Shown piece by piece: positions 7,077-17,536 of a stretch of 64,000 bases of DNA. Made by a program: the position numbers and the translations under genes. Below the pieces are notes generated by a model that ran no database searches, was not told the DNA's origin, and worked only from the letters and a program-made list of their open reading frames with translations. The stretch is taken from IMG/VR virus record IMGVR_UViG_3300029705_000041; one strand, given 5' to 3'. How positions within the stretch are numbered: position 1 is the first letter of the stretch; every line of letters begins with the position of its first letter. This stretch comes from a virus (taxonomy: Duplodnaviria; Caudoviricetes).

Positions 7077-7796
7077 ATGGGCGAAAGAAATTTTAGTGAG
7101 TTTTTTGGAAATACACCTGTAGTTGTACAGCGTGAAAAATCTACAAATGGATTACTAGAACATTCGTTAAGAATGGGTAGTCTAGTTTGTGATGGTTGTG
7201 GTATAGAACCAAGACATCTCTATTTGAAATCATTAGCAAAGGCTTTGCCTTTTGAATTTACAACAGAAGTTCCTATTGATGCAAAAACATTTGTTGATAT
7301 TGATGGCGGAAGGATTATGGCGAAAATTTGCAAGAATGGTTTTGTATCGAAAACCGTTTCTGTTATGCCTGACATCGTAAATGTTCGTATCGGGGGTAAC
7401 GAAGTTAATAAAGTTGTATTTGTGGATTTTGCTGACAGAACAACGGAAAAAGCAGTTCTTAGCGAAGATGATACTTTTTCACTAGAGCAGGGAATTTCAA
7501 TTTGTATTACAAAGAAATTGCTCAACGATAAGTGTGGTGCCGGCAGTTCAATGTATAATAAAATTATCCAGAGAGCTTTAAAGGTATTTGACACAAAGGA
7601 AAAGAAAGAAATTGCTAAAGCTACAGAAAAAGAAAACGAAGAAAAGAAATTTGCAAAAATCAAAGCAAAGAAAGAAGCAAGAAGAATTAAGCGTGAAGAA
7701 GCTGAACGTGAGCGCCAGATTGAGATTCAAAAGGAAGCTTATCTAAGAGCTATGCGTGAGTACAATAATGGTACAGAAACCGAGCAGAATAAATAA
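7077..7796 (+). CDS. hypothetical phage protein with C-terminal coiled coil
   Basis: GGAGG RBS before ATG 7077; the ORF-track start overlaps the tRNA. Confidence 0.7.
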   Translation: MGERNFSEFFGNTPVVVQREKSTNGLLEHSLRMGSLVCDGCGIEPRHLYLKSLAKALPFEFTTEVPIDAKTFVDIDGGRIMAKICKNGFVSKTVSVMPDIVNVRIGGNEVNKVVFVDFADRTTEKAVLSEDDTFSLEQGISICITKKLLNDKCGAGSSMYNKIIQRALKVFDTKEKKEIAKATEKENEEKKFAKIKAKKEARRIKREEAERERQIEIQKEAYLRAMREYNNGTETEQNK

Positions 7797-7810
7797 TTAA
7801 CGCTAATTAC

Positions 7811-7850
7811 AGGGAGTAGGTGCATTTATCTGCTCCCTTTAATGTTTTTT
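7811..7850 (+). terminator. intrinsic terminator
   Basis: AGGGAGTAGGTG/TATCTGCTCCCT hairpin followed by T-rich tract. Confidence 0.65.
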
Positions 7851-7859
7851 GGAGGTTTT

Positions 7860-8042
7860 ATGAAAATAATTAAAAACGGAGATATGCAGAAATTAAAAAT
7901 GACAAAGCATTTTTCTTGTAAAAAATGCGGTTGTGTTTTTGAAGCGGACAAAGATGAGTATAAAAGTGGTTCTCAATATAATGAAACTTATTATTTTTGT
8001 AAATGTCCATTTTGTTCCGAAACGGTGTATGTGAATAATTAA
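7860..8042 (+). CDS. small zinc-ribbon protein
   Basis: CKKC...CPFC; GGAGG RBS. Confidence 0.65.
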   Translation: MKIIKNGDMQKLKMTKHFSCKKCGCVFEADKDEYKSGSQYNETYYFCKCPFCSETVYVNN

Positions 8043-8067
8043 ATACAATAATAAGAAGGTGAAGTAA

Positions 8068-8640
8068 ATGAGAATTGCTTTAACAGGTCATAGACCACAG
8101 AGATTATTCGGCGAAGATTTAGACAATGAAAAATGGCAAGCAATAAAACGCTGGATTCAAAAAAAATTATTGGAAAATCATTGCACAGTTGCTTACTCCG
8201 GTATGGCATCGGGTAGTGATATGTTGTTTGCACTGGCAGTTAAAGAATTAAAAGAAAAAGGAAATAATATAAACCTAAAATTAGTATTTCCTTGCAAAAA
8301 TTATGGAAGCAAATCCAAAGATAAAAAGTATTTGCAGTGGCGTAGAGAAATTATAAAAGCAGCAGACGAAGAAATATACATACATGAAGAATGGTGTAAA
8401 ACAGCAGATGATGATAGAGATAAGTATATGGTAAAACATTGCAATGCTCTTATAGCTATTTTCGATGGAAATAATGTTGGTGGAGTATATAACACCATAC
8501 AATATGCTAAAAAAGATAATAAATCTATAATTTATTGTCCGGATAAACTAGTCAAGAAAAGAAATGAAATAAAGGTCTTGGTATTCAATAATTATGGTGC
8601 TAATGTAGTACCTTCAGCACTAAAAAAAAGTTATGGATAA
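8068..8640 (+). CDS. SLOG family (YspA/DUF1273-like) protein
   Basis: IALTGHRP, SGMASGSD, RDKYMV, GGVYNTI motifs. Confidence 0.8.
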   Translation: MRIALTGHRPQRLFGEDLDNEKWQAIKRWIQKKLLENHCTVAYSGMASGSDMLFALAVKELKEKGNNINLKLVFPCKNYGSKSKDKKYLQWRREIIKAADEEIYIHEEWCKTADDDRDKYMVKHCNALIAIFDGNNVGGVYNTIQYAKKDNKSIIYCPDKLVKKRNEIKVLVFNNYGANVVPSALKKSYG

Positions 8641-8893
8641 GAATGCATTTCCTAAAAACAGAATTGGAAAAGTTATCGAATATATAGAAAGTAATTACAA
8701 GCCAATATCAAATGAAGATGGTATAGTACAATATAATGTGAAAACCAATAAAGAGCAAAGTTATTTTTGTATAAAAACAGTTGATATTTCAAGACCTTGG
8801 AAAATCGAAGAATATGATGGTGCGGAATATATTCAATATTTAGACATTGTAACAATAGATAAAGAATTGAATTATTGTAATTATAAGGAGTAA
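8633..8893 (+). CDS. hypothetical protein
   Basis: ORF with WKIEEYDGAEYI motif, coupled to neighbours. Confidence 0.55.
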   Translation: MDKNAFPKNRIGKVIEYIESNYKPISNEDGIVQYNVKTNKEQSYFCIKTVDISRPWKIEEYDGAEYIQYLDIVTIDKELNYCNYKE

Positions 8894-8897
8894 AACT

Positions 8898-9659
8898 ATG
8901 ATTTATATAACAGGAGATTGTCATGCAGATTGGAGAAAATTTTCTACTGAATCTTTTCCGGAACAAAAAGATATGACAAGAGATGATTTTGTAATTGTAT
9001 GTGGAGATTTTGGCTTATGGCATGATAATTCAACAGAACAATGGTGGTTTAAATGGTTTGAAGAAAAGAACTTTACACTGTTATTTGTTGATGGAAACCA
9101 CGAAAATTTTGACAGGCTTTATGGCGATGAGTTTGAAGTTGTTGACTTTCATGGTGGCAAAGCTCATAAAATTCGAGAAAATATTTACCATTTAATGAGG
9201 GGTTATATATTTGAGTTAGAGGGTAAGAAATTTTTTGCTTTTGGTGGAGCAAGCAGCCATGATATTAATGATGGTATTTTAAACCTTGAAGATTACAATA
9301 ATGAAAAAGAATTAATTAAAACATATAACAGGCTTACCAGAGCCGGTAAGTTAATAAGAATCAATCATTTATCATGGTGGCAAGAAGAAATGCCAAGTAA
9401 TGATGAAATGGAATTGGGGAAACAGAATCTTGCTGATAATGGCAATAAAGTGGATTATATTATTAGTCATTGTTGCCCTCAAACGGTAGCAGCATTACTA
9501 TCTAGAGGATATTATAAAGCTGATAAACTCACAGATTATTTTAATGAGATAAAAGAAAATACTTCATTTAATAAATGGTTTTTCGGTCATTATCACGATG
9601 ACACACAAATACTTGAAAACTTTATTCTTCTATATCATCAGATTATAAGAATTATTTAA
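8898..9659 (+). CDS. metallophosphoesterase
   Basis: GDCH, GDFG, GNHEN, GHYH. Confidence 0.9.
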   Translation: MIYITGDCHADWRKFSTESFPEQKDMTRDDFVIVCGDFGLWHDNSTEQWWFKWFEEKNFTLLFVDGNHENFDRLYGDEFEVVDFHGGKAHKIRENIYHLMRGYIFELEGKKFFAFGGASSHDINDGILNLEDYNNEKELIKTYNRLTRAGKLIRINHLSWWQEEMPSNDEMELGKQNLADNGNKVDYIISHCCPQTVAALLSRGYYKADKLTDYFNEIKENTSFNKWFFGHYHDDTQILENFILLYHQIIRII

Positions 9660-9686
9660 AATATATTTAAGTTGGAGGTAAAAATA

Positions 9687-9983
9687 ATGGATGCTAAAGC
9701 AGAAAATAAAATTGAAGAAGCTTTAAAAGAGCAATTACATAAATCATATTTAAGAGGACTTGCGGTTGGTGGAAAAAGTTTTATCGGAGTTATATATGAC
9801 ATTATTGTAAAAGATAAAAAACAGAGGATTAATCCTGCGAAAACACTTATGAAAATCGAAAGTTCATGTAAAAGAATGTTAGATGTTTCAGACAATTATG
9901 ACAAGAACACTTTAACAGAAAATATAATCGAAGCTGTAGAACGAGAAAAAAGTAAATACGAAGGAGATAAGCAAGGAGAATAA
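9687..9983 (+). CDS. hypothetical protein
   Basis: GGAGG RBS, operon context. Confidence 0.6.
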   Translation: MDAKAENKIEEALKEQLHKSYLRGLAVGGKSFIGVIYDIIVKDKKQRINPAKTLMKIESSCKRMLDVSDNYDKNTLTENIIEAVEREKSKYEGDKQGE

Positions 9984-9985
9984 TT

Positions 9986-10582
9986 ATGGGAAAAATGTTT
10001 TTTATTTCTGATTTGCATTTTGGTCATAAAAATTGCCTGGCTTTTGACAACAGACCTTTTAAGGATATTGAAGAACATGACTCAATGCTTATAAGGATGT
10101 GGAATAATGTTGTAGGAATAGACGATGATGTATGGATTTTAGGAGATATTAGCTGGCATAATGCAACTAAAACAATTGAAATTTTTAAACAGCTTAACGG
10201 AATAAAGCATTTGTGCAGAGGAAATCATGATTCTAAGTTGTTGAGAAATAAGCAAGTACAAGAGCTATTTGTTGAAATATGTGATTACAAAGAAATTCAG
10301 TTAGATAACAAGTATGGAATTGTTTTAAGTCATTATCCAATACCTTGTTATAATCATCATTATTATGGTTGGTATCATTTATACGGTCATGTACATACAA
10401 GTTTTGAATGGAATATGATGGAAAGAAACCAATATGAAATGATTGCTTTGTATGATAAAGAAAGCCATATGTATAATGTTGGCTGCATGGTTCCATATAT
10501 GGGTTTTACCCCCAAGACTCTTGAAGGAATTGTAGAAAGTTATACGAAATATAAAGAGAGAATTGGAGAAAATATGAAATGA
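9986..10582 (+). CDS. calcineurin-like phosphoesterase
   Basis: SDLHFGH, LGDI, GNHD, HYP, GHVH. Confidence 0.9.
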   Translation: MGKMFFISDLHFGHKNCLAFDNRPFKDIEEHDSMLIRMWNNVVGIDDDVWILGDISWHNATKTIEIFKQLNGIKHLCRGNHDSKLLRNKQVQELFVEICDYKEIQLDNKYGIVLSHYPIPCYNHHYYGWYHLYGHVHTSFEWNMMERNQYEMIALYDKESHMYNVGCMVPYMGFTPKTLEGIVESYTKYKERIGENMK

Positions 10583-11220
10583 ACGAAAAAGAATACATAG
10601 AAAAAAGTGAACTAATTGAGAATCTTAATATTTTTGCTCCGGAACATTACACTAATTTAATCAATCAGCTTATCGTAAAACATCCTGCGGCAGAAGTCAG
10701 AGAAGTAAAACATGGATATTGGCTTTTGCTTGACGAATGTTCAAATGAGGGAGTATATTGCTCTGTTTGTAGTAAGAAAGTATATAAGAAAGAATATGCG
10801 AATCAAAAAATCAAATCAAAATACTGCCCGAATTGTGGAGCAATAATGGATTTAGTAAAAGACAATTCTACCGAAAATGCAAGATTGAGTGCTTTAATTG
10901 CGGATTATGAAGTAAAATCCGAAAGTTTACCATTTTATATAGGAAGCCTTTCAGAATATTTATTAAGTAATGGAGCAATATTACCACCTGTAGTTATTGG
11001 TCAAAAAGTTTATACCATATTAGGTCAGAAAAAACATCCTAAAGAATGGGAAGTTATAGGTGTTTGGCATAGCAAAGATGTAGAACATTCTTCGTTTCAT
11101 GTTTGCTGGTATAAAGATAAAAATAACTTCGCAACAGCAGCCTTTAATTATAATGATATTGGCAAGATTGTATTTTTATCAGAAGCAGAAGCGATGCAAA
11201 AATTTTCTCATAAGGTTTAA
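10579..11220 (+). CDS. hypothetical protein with zinc ribbon
   Basis: CSVC...YCPNCGA. Confidence 0.65.
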   Translation: MNEKEYIEKSELIENLNIFAPEHYTNLINQLIVKHPAAEVREVKHGYWLLLDECSNEGVYCSVCSKKVYKKEYANQKIKSKYCPNCGAIMDLVKDNSTENARLSALIADYEVKSESLPFYIGSLSEYLLSNGAILPPVVIGQKVYTILGQKKHPKEWEVIGVWHSKDVEHSSFHVCWYKDKNNFATAAFNYNDIGKIVFLSEAEAMQKFSHKV

Positions 11221-11233
11221 GGAGAATTTATTT

Positions 11234-11599
11234 ATGACATATAATGATACTATAAGTTGGATTGATGTAAATGAGAGCTTACCTAAAGTTGAAGAACGTG
11301 TCTTAGTTTTGATTTGCAGACATAGCAATTATACTAATAAAGATTATAAGATAGTTACTTGCGCAATATATGAAGATGGAACTACAGACATAGAAAATAG
11401 TTGTTGGGATTGTGATTCTGATTCGGCTAATTATGATAAAGAAACTGATACGTGCTATATCCCAAAGGGATGGTATGAGTTTCATGAGTATGGAGATACA
11501 GAAAATGATGGTATAGGATTTATTTCTCAATCTGAAGGTAATATTACTGATACAGTCACACATTGGATGTCTTTATCGAAGTTTGTAAAGGAAGTTTGA
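11234..11599 (+). CDS. DUF551-like protein
   Basis: WIDVNESLP...VTHWM. Confidence 0.7.
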   Translation: MTYNDTISWIDVNESLPKVEERVLVLICRHSNYTNKDYKIVTCAIYEDGTTDIENSCWDCDSDSANYDKETDTCYIPKGWYEFHEYGDTENDGIGFISQSEGNITDTVTHWMSLSKFVKEV

Positions 11600-11608
11600 G
11601 ATAATATT

Positions 11609-11989
11609 ATGATATATACAAGTTATTATGCAAAAATTAAAAAACTACCAGAGGATGTTATTCCGGTATCAATTGCTGGCAAAGCACCAAAAGGATTCAA
11701 GGGAATCCAATATAAAAAATTAGCACCTAAATATTCGTTTTTCTCTGTTTGGAAAGAAAATCATGACAATGAATATTATATTAAACATTTTAATGAGGAA
11801 GTATTAGCAACTCTTGATGTAAAACAAGTTATTAGTGATTTAGAAAGTTTTAAAAAAGATGAAAATTCTAAAATTGCATTGATATGTTATGAAAAATCAG
11901 AGGACTTCTGCCACAGGCATTTAGTAGCATATTGGTTAAAATGTAACGGATATGAGTGTGAGGAATATAAGGAGGATATACATGGATGA
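11609..11989 (+). CDS. DUF488-like protein
   Basis: IYTSYYA, LAP, LICYE..FCHRHL. Confidence 0.7.
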   Translation: MIYTSYYAKIKKLPEDVIPVSIAGKAPKGFKGIQYKKLAPKYSFFSVWKENHDNEYYIKHFNEEVLATLDVKQVISDLESFKKDENSKIALICYEKSEDFCHRHLVAYWLKCNGYECEEYKEDIHG

Positions 11990-14051
11990 GATATTAGAAC
12001 TTGTCAAATTATTAAATACATACAGAGATTCTTATTATAATGATAATATAAGTTTGGTAAGCGATAAGGAATACGATTTGTTATTTGATAAACTTGTCGC
12101 TTTAGAAAAAACAACCGGAATTGTGTTTGCAAACTCTCCAACTGCGACAGTAGGATATACAGTAGTAAGTAAGCTAAAAAAAGTTAAACATAACCATCCG
12201 CTTTTATCATTAAACAAAACAACGGAAATTGATGAATTTTCAAAATATTTTGAAGGAAAGAAAACTGTGGTTATGGCAAAAATGGACGGTCTTACTTGTT
12301 CATTGACGTATAAAAATGGAGAACTTGTTTTAGCAGAAAGTCGTGGAGATGGACACACCGGAGAAGATATTACACATAATGCATTAACATTTGTTAATAT
12401 TCCAAAGAAAATTCCGTATAATGGAGAATTGGTTATTGATGGAGAATGTATCATTGATTATGAAACTTTTGATAAAATAAACACTCCACTTATTGAAAAA
12501 GCGACTAAAGAAGCTGAAAGTTTAGGATTAAAAGGAAAAGAATTTAATGAATACATAAGAAAACATTCTTACGCCAATCCTCGTAATTTGGCAAGCGGCT
12601 CGGTACGTCAATTAGACAGTAATGTTGCAGCAACAAGAGAACTAAAGTTTATTGCATGGAAGTTGCATGAGTCAAAAGATGTTAATGGAGAACAAACAAG
12701 CTATAGTAATTTTTATACTGTTGGTTTTAGACTTCTTCATGATTTAGGGTTTGAAATTGTTCCTCATGTTGTTATAAATGCTGAAAATGTAACTTCAAAA
12801 TTTATAGAAGAAAATATTGAGAGTATCAGAAACGAATGTAAAAAAGTTAAATACCCAATTGACGGAGCGGTTGGAACATTTGACGATGTGGATTATGGGT
12901 TAAGTTTAGGTGCCACAGGACATCATCCCAAACACTCATATGCTTTTAAGTTTTATCAAGAAAACACAGAAACTATTCTGGAGGATATTGAATGGAGTAC
13001 AAGTAGAACAGGGTTAGTCAATCCTGTGGCTATAGTAGAACCTGTAGAAATTGATGGCACAATTGTAAGCAGAGCAACTTTGAGTAATGTAAGTATTATA
13101 AAAGATTTACAGCTCGGAATTGGCGATAAAGTTACAATGATTAAAGCAAACCAAATCATTCCTAAAATCACAAATAATCTAACTCGTAGTGATACATATA
13201 TTATTCCAACAGAATGCCCTTGTTGCAAGAGTACGCTTATTACTAAGAATGATAATGGTAGAGAAATGCTATATTGTACAAACAATAATTGTTTGGATAG
13301 AAAACATGATAAAATATCTAATTTTGCTTGTAGAGATGGTATGAATATAGTTGGTATATCAGATGAAAGATTGAAAACATTAATGAAATTAGGATTCATA
13401 ACTGATTTTGAGAGTTTATACTTCTTAGAACGACATCGTACAGAAATTGAAAAAATAGATGGTTTTGGAAAAACAAGTGTAGATAATTTACTGAAGGCAA
13501 TTAATGAAAGTAAAAATTGTAAATTTGTCAATGTTTTAGTTGCTATTGGTATTCCAGGCATAGGGAAGTCAAGTGCTAAATCACTTGCGAAATACTGTGC
13601 TTTTGTAGAATCAAATACAACAGCTGATAAAAAGATACTTGGAACATTTATTGAAATGGCAAAAAATAATTTCGATTGGACAGAACTTGAAGATGTTGGT
13701 GAAGTAACAAGCAATGGAATTAACCAGTATGTCAAACAAAATGTAGACGAATTATCAGCACTAATTCCAATTTTGAATATTATTGATGATACTACAACGG
13801 TTGCGGCAGAAAATATTTTTGGTGGTAAAACATTTTGTATTACCGGAAAACTTATTCATTTTTCTAATAGAGAAGCATTAGTTGAAGAAATTGAAAAATA
13901 TGGTGGAAAAGTGGTTTCAAGTGTTACTGCAAAAACAAATTATTTAATTACAAATGATAAAGAATCAGGAAGTAGTAAAAATAAAAAGGCGGAACAATAT
14001 GGAACATTAATAATTTCAGAAGAAGAATTCATACAATTATGTAAGAAATAA
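11982..14051 (+). CDS. ligA: NAD-dependent DNA ligase
   Basis: KMDG adenylation motif, SRGDG, NPRN, Cys4 finger, C-terminal BRCT. Confidence 0.95.
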   Translation: MDEILELVKLLNTYRDSYYNDNISLVSDKEYDLLFDKLVALEKTTGIVFANSPTATVGYTVVSKLKKVKHNHPLLSLNKTTEIDEFSKYFEGKKTVVMAKMDGLTCSLTYKNGELVLAESRGDGHTGEDITHNALTFVNIPKKIPYNGELVIDGECIIDYETFDKINTPLIEKATKEAESLGLKGKEFNEYIRKHSYANPRNLASGSVRQLDSNVAATRELKFIAWKLHESKDVNGEQTSYSNFYTVGFRLLHDLGFEIVPHVVINAENVTSKFIEENIESIRNECKKVKYPIDGAVGTFDDVDYGLSLGATGHHPKHSYAFKFYQENTETILEDIEWSTSRTGLVNPVAIVEPVEIDGTIVSRATLSNVSIIKDLQLGIGDKVTMIKANQIIPKITNNLTRSDTYIIPTECPCCKSTLITKNDNGREMLYCTNNNCLDRKHDKISNFACRDGMNIVGISDERLKTLMKLGFITDFESLYFLERHRTEIEKIDGFGKTSVDNLLKAINESKNCKFVNVLVAIGIPGIGKSSAKSLAKYCAFVESNTTADKKILGTFIEMAKNNFDWTELEDVGEVTSNGINQYVKQNVDELSALIPILNIIDDTTTVAAENIFGGKTFCITGKLIHFSNREALVEEIEKYGGKVVSSVTAKTNYLITNDKESGSSKNKKAEQYGTLIISEEEFIQLCKK

Positions 14052-14063
14052 AAAAATATTAAA

Positions 14064-14110
14064 AATAATTCAGAAAAAGTATTGACATAAAAACAAAAGT
14101 ATGATATAAT
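14064..14110 (+). promoter_or_regulatory. sigma-A promoter with conserved upstream box
   Basis: TTGACA 14082-14087, 17 bp, TG-a-TATAAT 14105-14110. Confidence 0.85.
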
Positions 14111-14280
14111 GTGTAATGAAAGATAAAGAAGTGAGCTTTAAGAAATATCTTTTTTATCTTTCAAATTACACATATAATCCTCCTAATTAGATGTTTTTCA
14201 TAAAAATAAACGTGAAAGTGTTTGTGTAATGAAAATATAAAGTGCCTATTTAGGAGAGTTAGTGAGTACATAAAAAAGAT

Positions 14281-15201
14281 ATTTTATCAACAGAAAAAGG
14301 TATTACGGTATTAAGCTTGTTTGATGGAATATCATGTGGTAGACTTGCATTAGAAAGAGCCGGAATTAAAGTTGCTAAATATTATGCAAGCGAAATTAAG
14401 AAAAGTGCTATAGAATTAACGCAACAACATTTCCCTGATACAATTCAAATAGGAGATGTAACAAAAGTAAATTATCAAAATGGAATCTTAAATACAGAGA
14501 ATGGTTCATTCAACATAGGAAAAGTCGATTTGCTAATTGGTGGAAGTCCTTGTCAGAATTTTAGTTTGGCAAGAGCTACAGACCGATTGAAAATAGATGG
14601 ACTTGAAGGAGATAAATCTAAGTTGTTCTATGAATATTTAAGATTGAAGAATGAAATTAATCCAACTTATTTCTTGTTAGAAAATGTTAAGATGAAACAA
14701 GAATCAGAAAATGACTTAAATACCTATATGGGAGTCAAAGGATTACATATTAATTCGTCTTTGGTAAGTTTTCAGAATAGACCTAGAATATATTGGTCAA
14801 ACATACCAGGTATCATGATTCCGGAAGATAAAAAAATAAGTTTCCAAGATTATAAAGATACAGATTTTGATTATTGTAAGCAGTTTAAATTACCTGATAC
14901 ACCATCAAGAAGAAAATATTGGAGAGATGGAAAAGGCAATAACAGTGCAACAGGCGGTTGTGCTAATGTTACATATGCAGATAAAATAAAAACCATTACA
15001 AGAAAACAAGATAGGTCTCCGAACAGTGGGCTTATAGAGTTTGATGGATTCTGTAGATTTTTAACACGTAGAGAAATCGAATTAGCACAAACTTTGCCAA
15101 TTGGATATACTGATACGTTGAGCTATAACCAGATGCAAGATGTATGTGGAGATGGCTGGACAGTAGATATTATTGCACATATATTCAGTTTCTTAAAATA
15201 A
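14281..15201 (+). CDS. DNA (cytosine-5)-methyltransferase; start uncertain/non-canonical
   Basis: VLSLFDG (motif I begins upstream of ORF-track start), GGSPCQ, ENV, QNRPRIYW, GDGW. Confidence 0.85.
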   Translation: MLSTEKGITVLSLFDGISCGRLALERAGIKVAKYYASEIKKSAIELTQQHFPDTIQIGDVTKVNYQNGILNTENGSFNIGKVDLLIGGSPCQNFSLARATDRLKIDGLEGDKSKLFYEYLRLKNEINPTYFLLENVKMKQESENDLNTYMGVKGLHINSSLVSFQNRPRIYWSNIPGIMIPEDKKISFQDYKDTDFDYCKQFKLPDTPSRRKYWRDGKGNNSATGGCANVTYADKIKTITRKQDRSPNSGLIEFDGFCRFLTRREIELAQTLPIGYTDTLSYNQMQDVCGDGWTVDIIAHIFSFLK

Positions 15202-15230
15202 GACAGAAAAAGTAAAAAAGGTGATTATCA

Positions 15231-15437
15231 ATGAGCATATGTAGAACTTGTGAAAATGTCGGAGTTACACAACCATATGGAATCATGTACTGCAATGCAA
15301 AACCAGAATGGCACTGCCACTGTTTTTGTGGATATTCAACTGCTAAAGGAAATATATTCTGTGGAGATGTATATGATTGTTCAAATTATAAAAAAGTTTC
15401 AACAGATATTGCCGAAAGGATAAAAAAGCATGAATGA
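15231..15437 (+). CDS. small Cys-rich hypothetical protein
   Basis: AGGTGA RBS. Confidence 0.5.
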   Translation: MSICRTCENVGVTQPYGIMYCNAKPEWHCHCFCGYSTAKGNIFCGDVYDCSNYKKVSTDIAERIKKHE

Positions 15438-15684
15438 ATTTTTAGGAATAGATATTTCAACATTACCCGAAAAAGATGTGGAAGTATTAATTGACATTGT
15501 TCCAAAAGTTAAATGTAAAAATAAATTATTGCAAAAGATTTTCACTAAATTATTTGGATATAAACCAATATATGAAATCCGTAAAGCAAAGGTTTTAGAA
15601 ATGAAATCAGAAGATTGTAAATTTAAAACAGGAAATATAACAATAGACATGAAAAATGGAGAGGTAATTAATGAAGGAATATGA
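15430..15684 (+). CDS. hypothetical protein
   Basis: Overlapping operon ORF. Confidence 0.5.
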   Translation: MNEFLGIDISTLPEKDVEVLIDIVPKVKCKNKLLQKIFTKLFGYKPIYEIRKAKVLEMKSEDCKFKTGNITIDMKNGEVINEGI

Positions 15685-17068
15685 TGTAGTTATTATAGGT
15701 GGCGGTATTAGCGGTTTAATGGCTGCCTATGAATTACGAAGAAATAACAACGATATAAACATTGCTATCGTTGATAAGGGAAAATCTTTAGAAAAACGTG
15801 TATGTCCTGCATCTGGCAAGAAATCATGTGTAAAATGTGATTTATGTTCTATCACAAGTGGATTTGCAGGAGCTGGCGCTTTTTCGGATGGAAAGTTTAA
15901 TTTAGGCACAGCATATGGTGGAACATTGGGAGAAGAACTCGGCGAAGATTTGGCAATAAGCTATATCAACAGAGTTAATGATATTCTTGACATATTTACT
16001 CCGGAAGATGTTGAAATAAATACATATGGAACAGATGAAAAATTAAAATATAAATGTTTGCAAAACAATTTGCAATTGTTAGATATGAATGTCAAGCATC
16101 TTGGAACCGACAATAATTTTATTATAATGATAAATTTAATATATTGGCTTGATAATCATTACATTGATATGATTTCTGAATGTGAAATTAATGATATTGT
16201 TACTGATGATAGTCAGAAATATAAGTATATATTATCTGCTACAAATGAAGAAATGTTTTCTTGTAATCATGTAATTATTGCCACCGGCAGAAATGGTGCA
16301 GAATTCGTAGAGAAGATTTGTAATAAATTTGAGGTACCAATGACATCTAATGCAGTGGATATTGGAGTCAGAGTTGAGATGAAAGATGCGATTTGGAAAG
16401 AGTTTTCTTCAAGAATATATGAACCTAAAATTTTATATCGAACTAAAACTTTTGAAGATAATTGTAGAATGTTTTGTTTTAATCAAGGTGGAAAGGTTAG
16501 TGCCGAAAATAATGAAGGTATAATTACTGCAAATGGACATTCTTTTGCAGATGCAGATAAGAAAACAGATAATTGTAATTTTGCAATTCTTTCATCAATT
16601 AAGTTTACTGAACCGTTTGATAAACCAACTCAATATGCTAAAAGCTATAGTCAGATGGCAAATATAATTGGTGATGGAAATGTTATCGTTCAGCGATTCG
16701 GAGATTTAATCAGAGGCAGAAGAACTAATGATAAAAGATTAGAGCAAAATACTGTCCACCCAACACTCAAAGCTACTGCTGGAGATTTATCGTTAGTATT
16801 ACCATATAGAATTCTTAACAACATTATTGAGACAATATATGCTTTAGATAAAGTGGCTCCAGGAACAGCGAATGATGATACATTACTTTATGGATGTGAA
16901 GCAAAATATTACTCAACCAAACCAAAACATAACGGAGATTTTATGATTGAAGAAAATATCTATCTTATTGGTGATGGTTCAGGAATTTGCAGAGGATTAA
17001 GTCAGTCTGGAGCAATGGGAATATATGTTGCTAAAAAAATTGGAGGATATTATGAAAAAGATATGTAA
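15671..17068 (+). CDS. FAD-dependent oxidoreductase
   Basis: VVIIGGGISG, GAGAFSDGK, GDGSG. Confidence 0.85.
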   Translation: MKEYDVVIIGGGISGLMAAYELRRNNNDINIAIVDKGKSLEKRVCPASGKKSCVKCDLCSITSGFAGAGAFSDGKFNLGTAYGGTLGEELGEDLAISYINRVNDILDIFTPEDVEINTYGTDEKLKYKCLQNNLQLLDMNVKHLGTDNNFIIMINLIYWLDNHYIDMISECEINDIVTDDSQKYKYILSATNEEMFSCNHVIIATGRNGAEFVEKICNKFEVPMTSNAVDIGVRVEMKDAIWKEFSSRIYEPKILYRTKTFEDNCRMFCFNQGGKVSAENNEGIITANGHSFADADKKTDNCNFAILSSIKFTEPFDKPTQYAKSYSQMANIIGDGNVIVQRFGDLIRGRRTNDKRLEQNTVHPTLKATAGDLSLVLPYRILNNIIETIYALDKVAPGTANDDTLLYGCEAKYYSTKPKHNGDFMIEENIYLIGDGSGICRGLSQSGAMGIYVAKKIGGYYEKDM

Positions 17069-17366
17069 TATAAGTTTGATTTTAATTTGTATCATTTTAA
17101 TCTTGACCGGATGTGGAAATAAGAGTGTAGAAGTTAATGTAGCTGGTAGTGAAAATAATAAAATTACGTTGAGCAGTAACAATTTAGTAAGTATTGTTTC
17201 ACGAAAATTATATTATGATACTAAAACAAATATTGTATATTGGTGGAATGGAGTTTTAACTAACACGGATGCATCGACAACTCCTACTCCGTATTATGCA
17301 CCAAATGGATTGCCGTATAAATATAATCCTAATACTAATACATTAGTAGAAATTGCAGCGGAATAA
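17052..17366 (+). CDS. putative lipoprotein
   Basis: Hydrophobic signal + LTGC lipobox. Confidence 0.7.
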   Translation: MKKICNISLILICIILILTGCGNKSVEVNVAGSENNKITLSSNNLVSIVSRKLYYDTKTNIVYWWNGVLTNTDASTTPTPYYAPNGLPYKYNPNTNTLVEIAAE

Positions 17367-17536
17367 AAGGAGTAATTTAGATGACTTCTGATACTCATAC
17401 ATTTCCAAAAGGAAAAATGTTTTTCTTTGTATATCAAAATGATGTTTCTCCATTAAAAGTTTATAATGAGAATCCTGATGTAAAAGTATGCGAAGATAAA
17501 CTTATTATAAACAAATTAAAAAAAGGAGTTAAAGAT

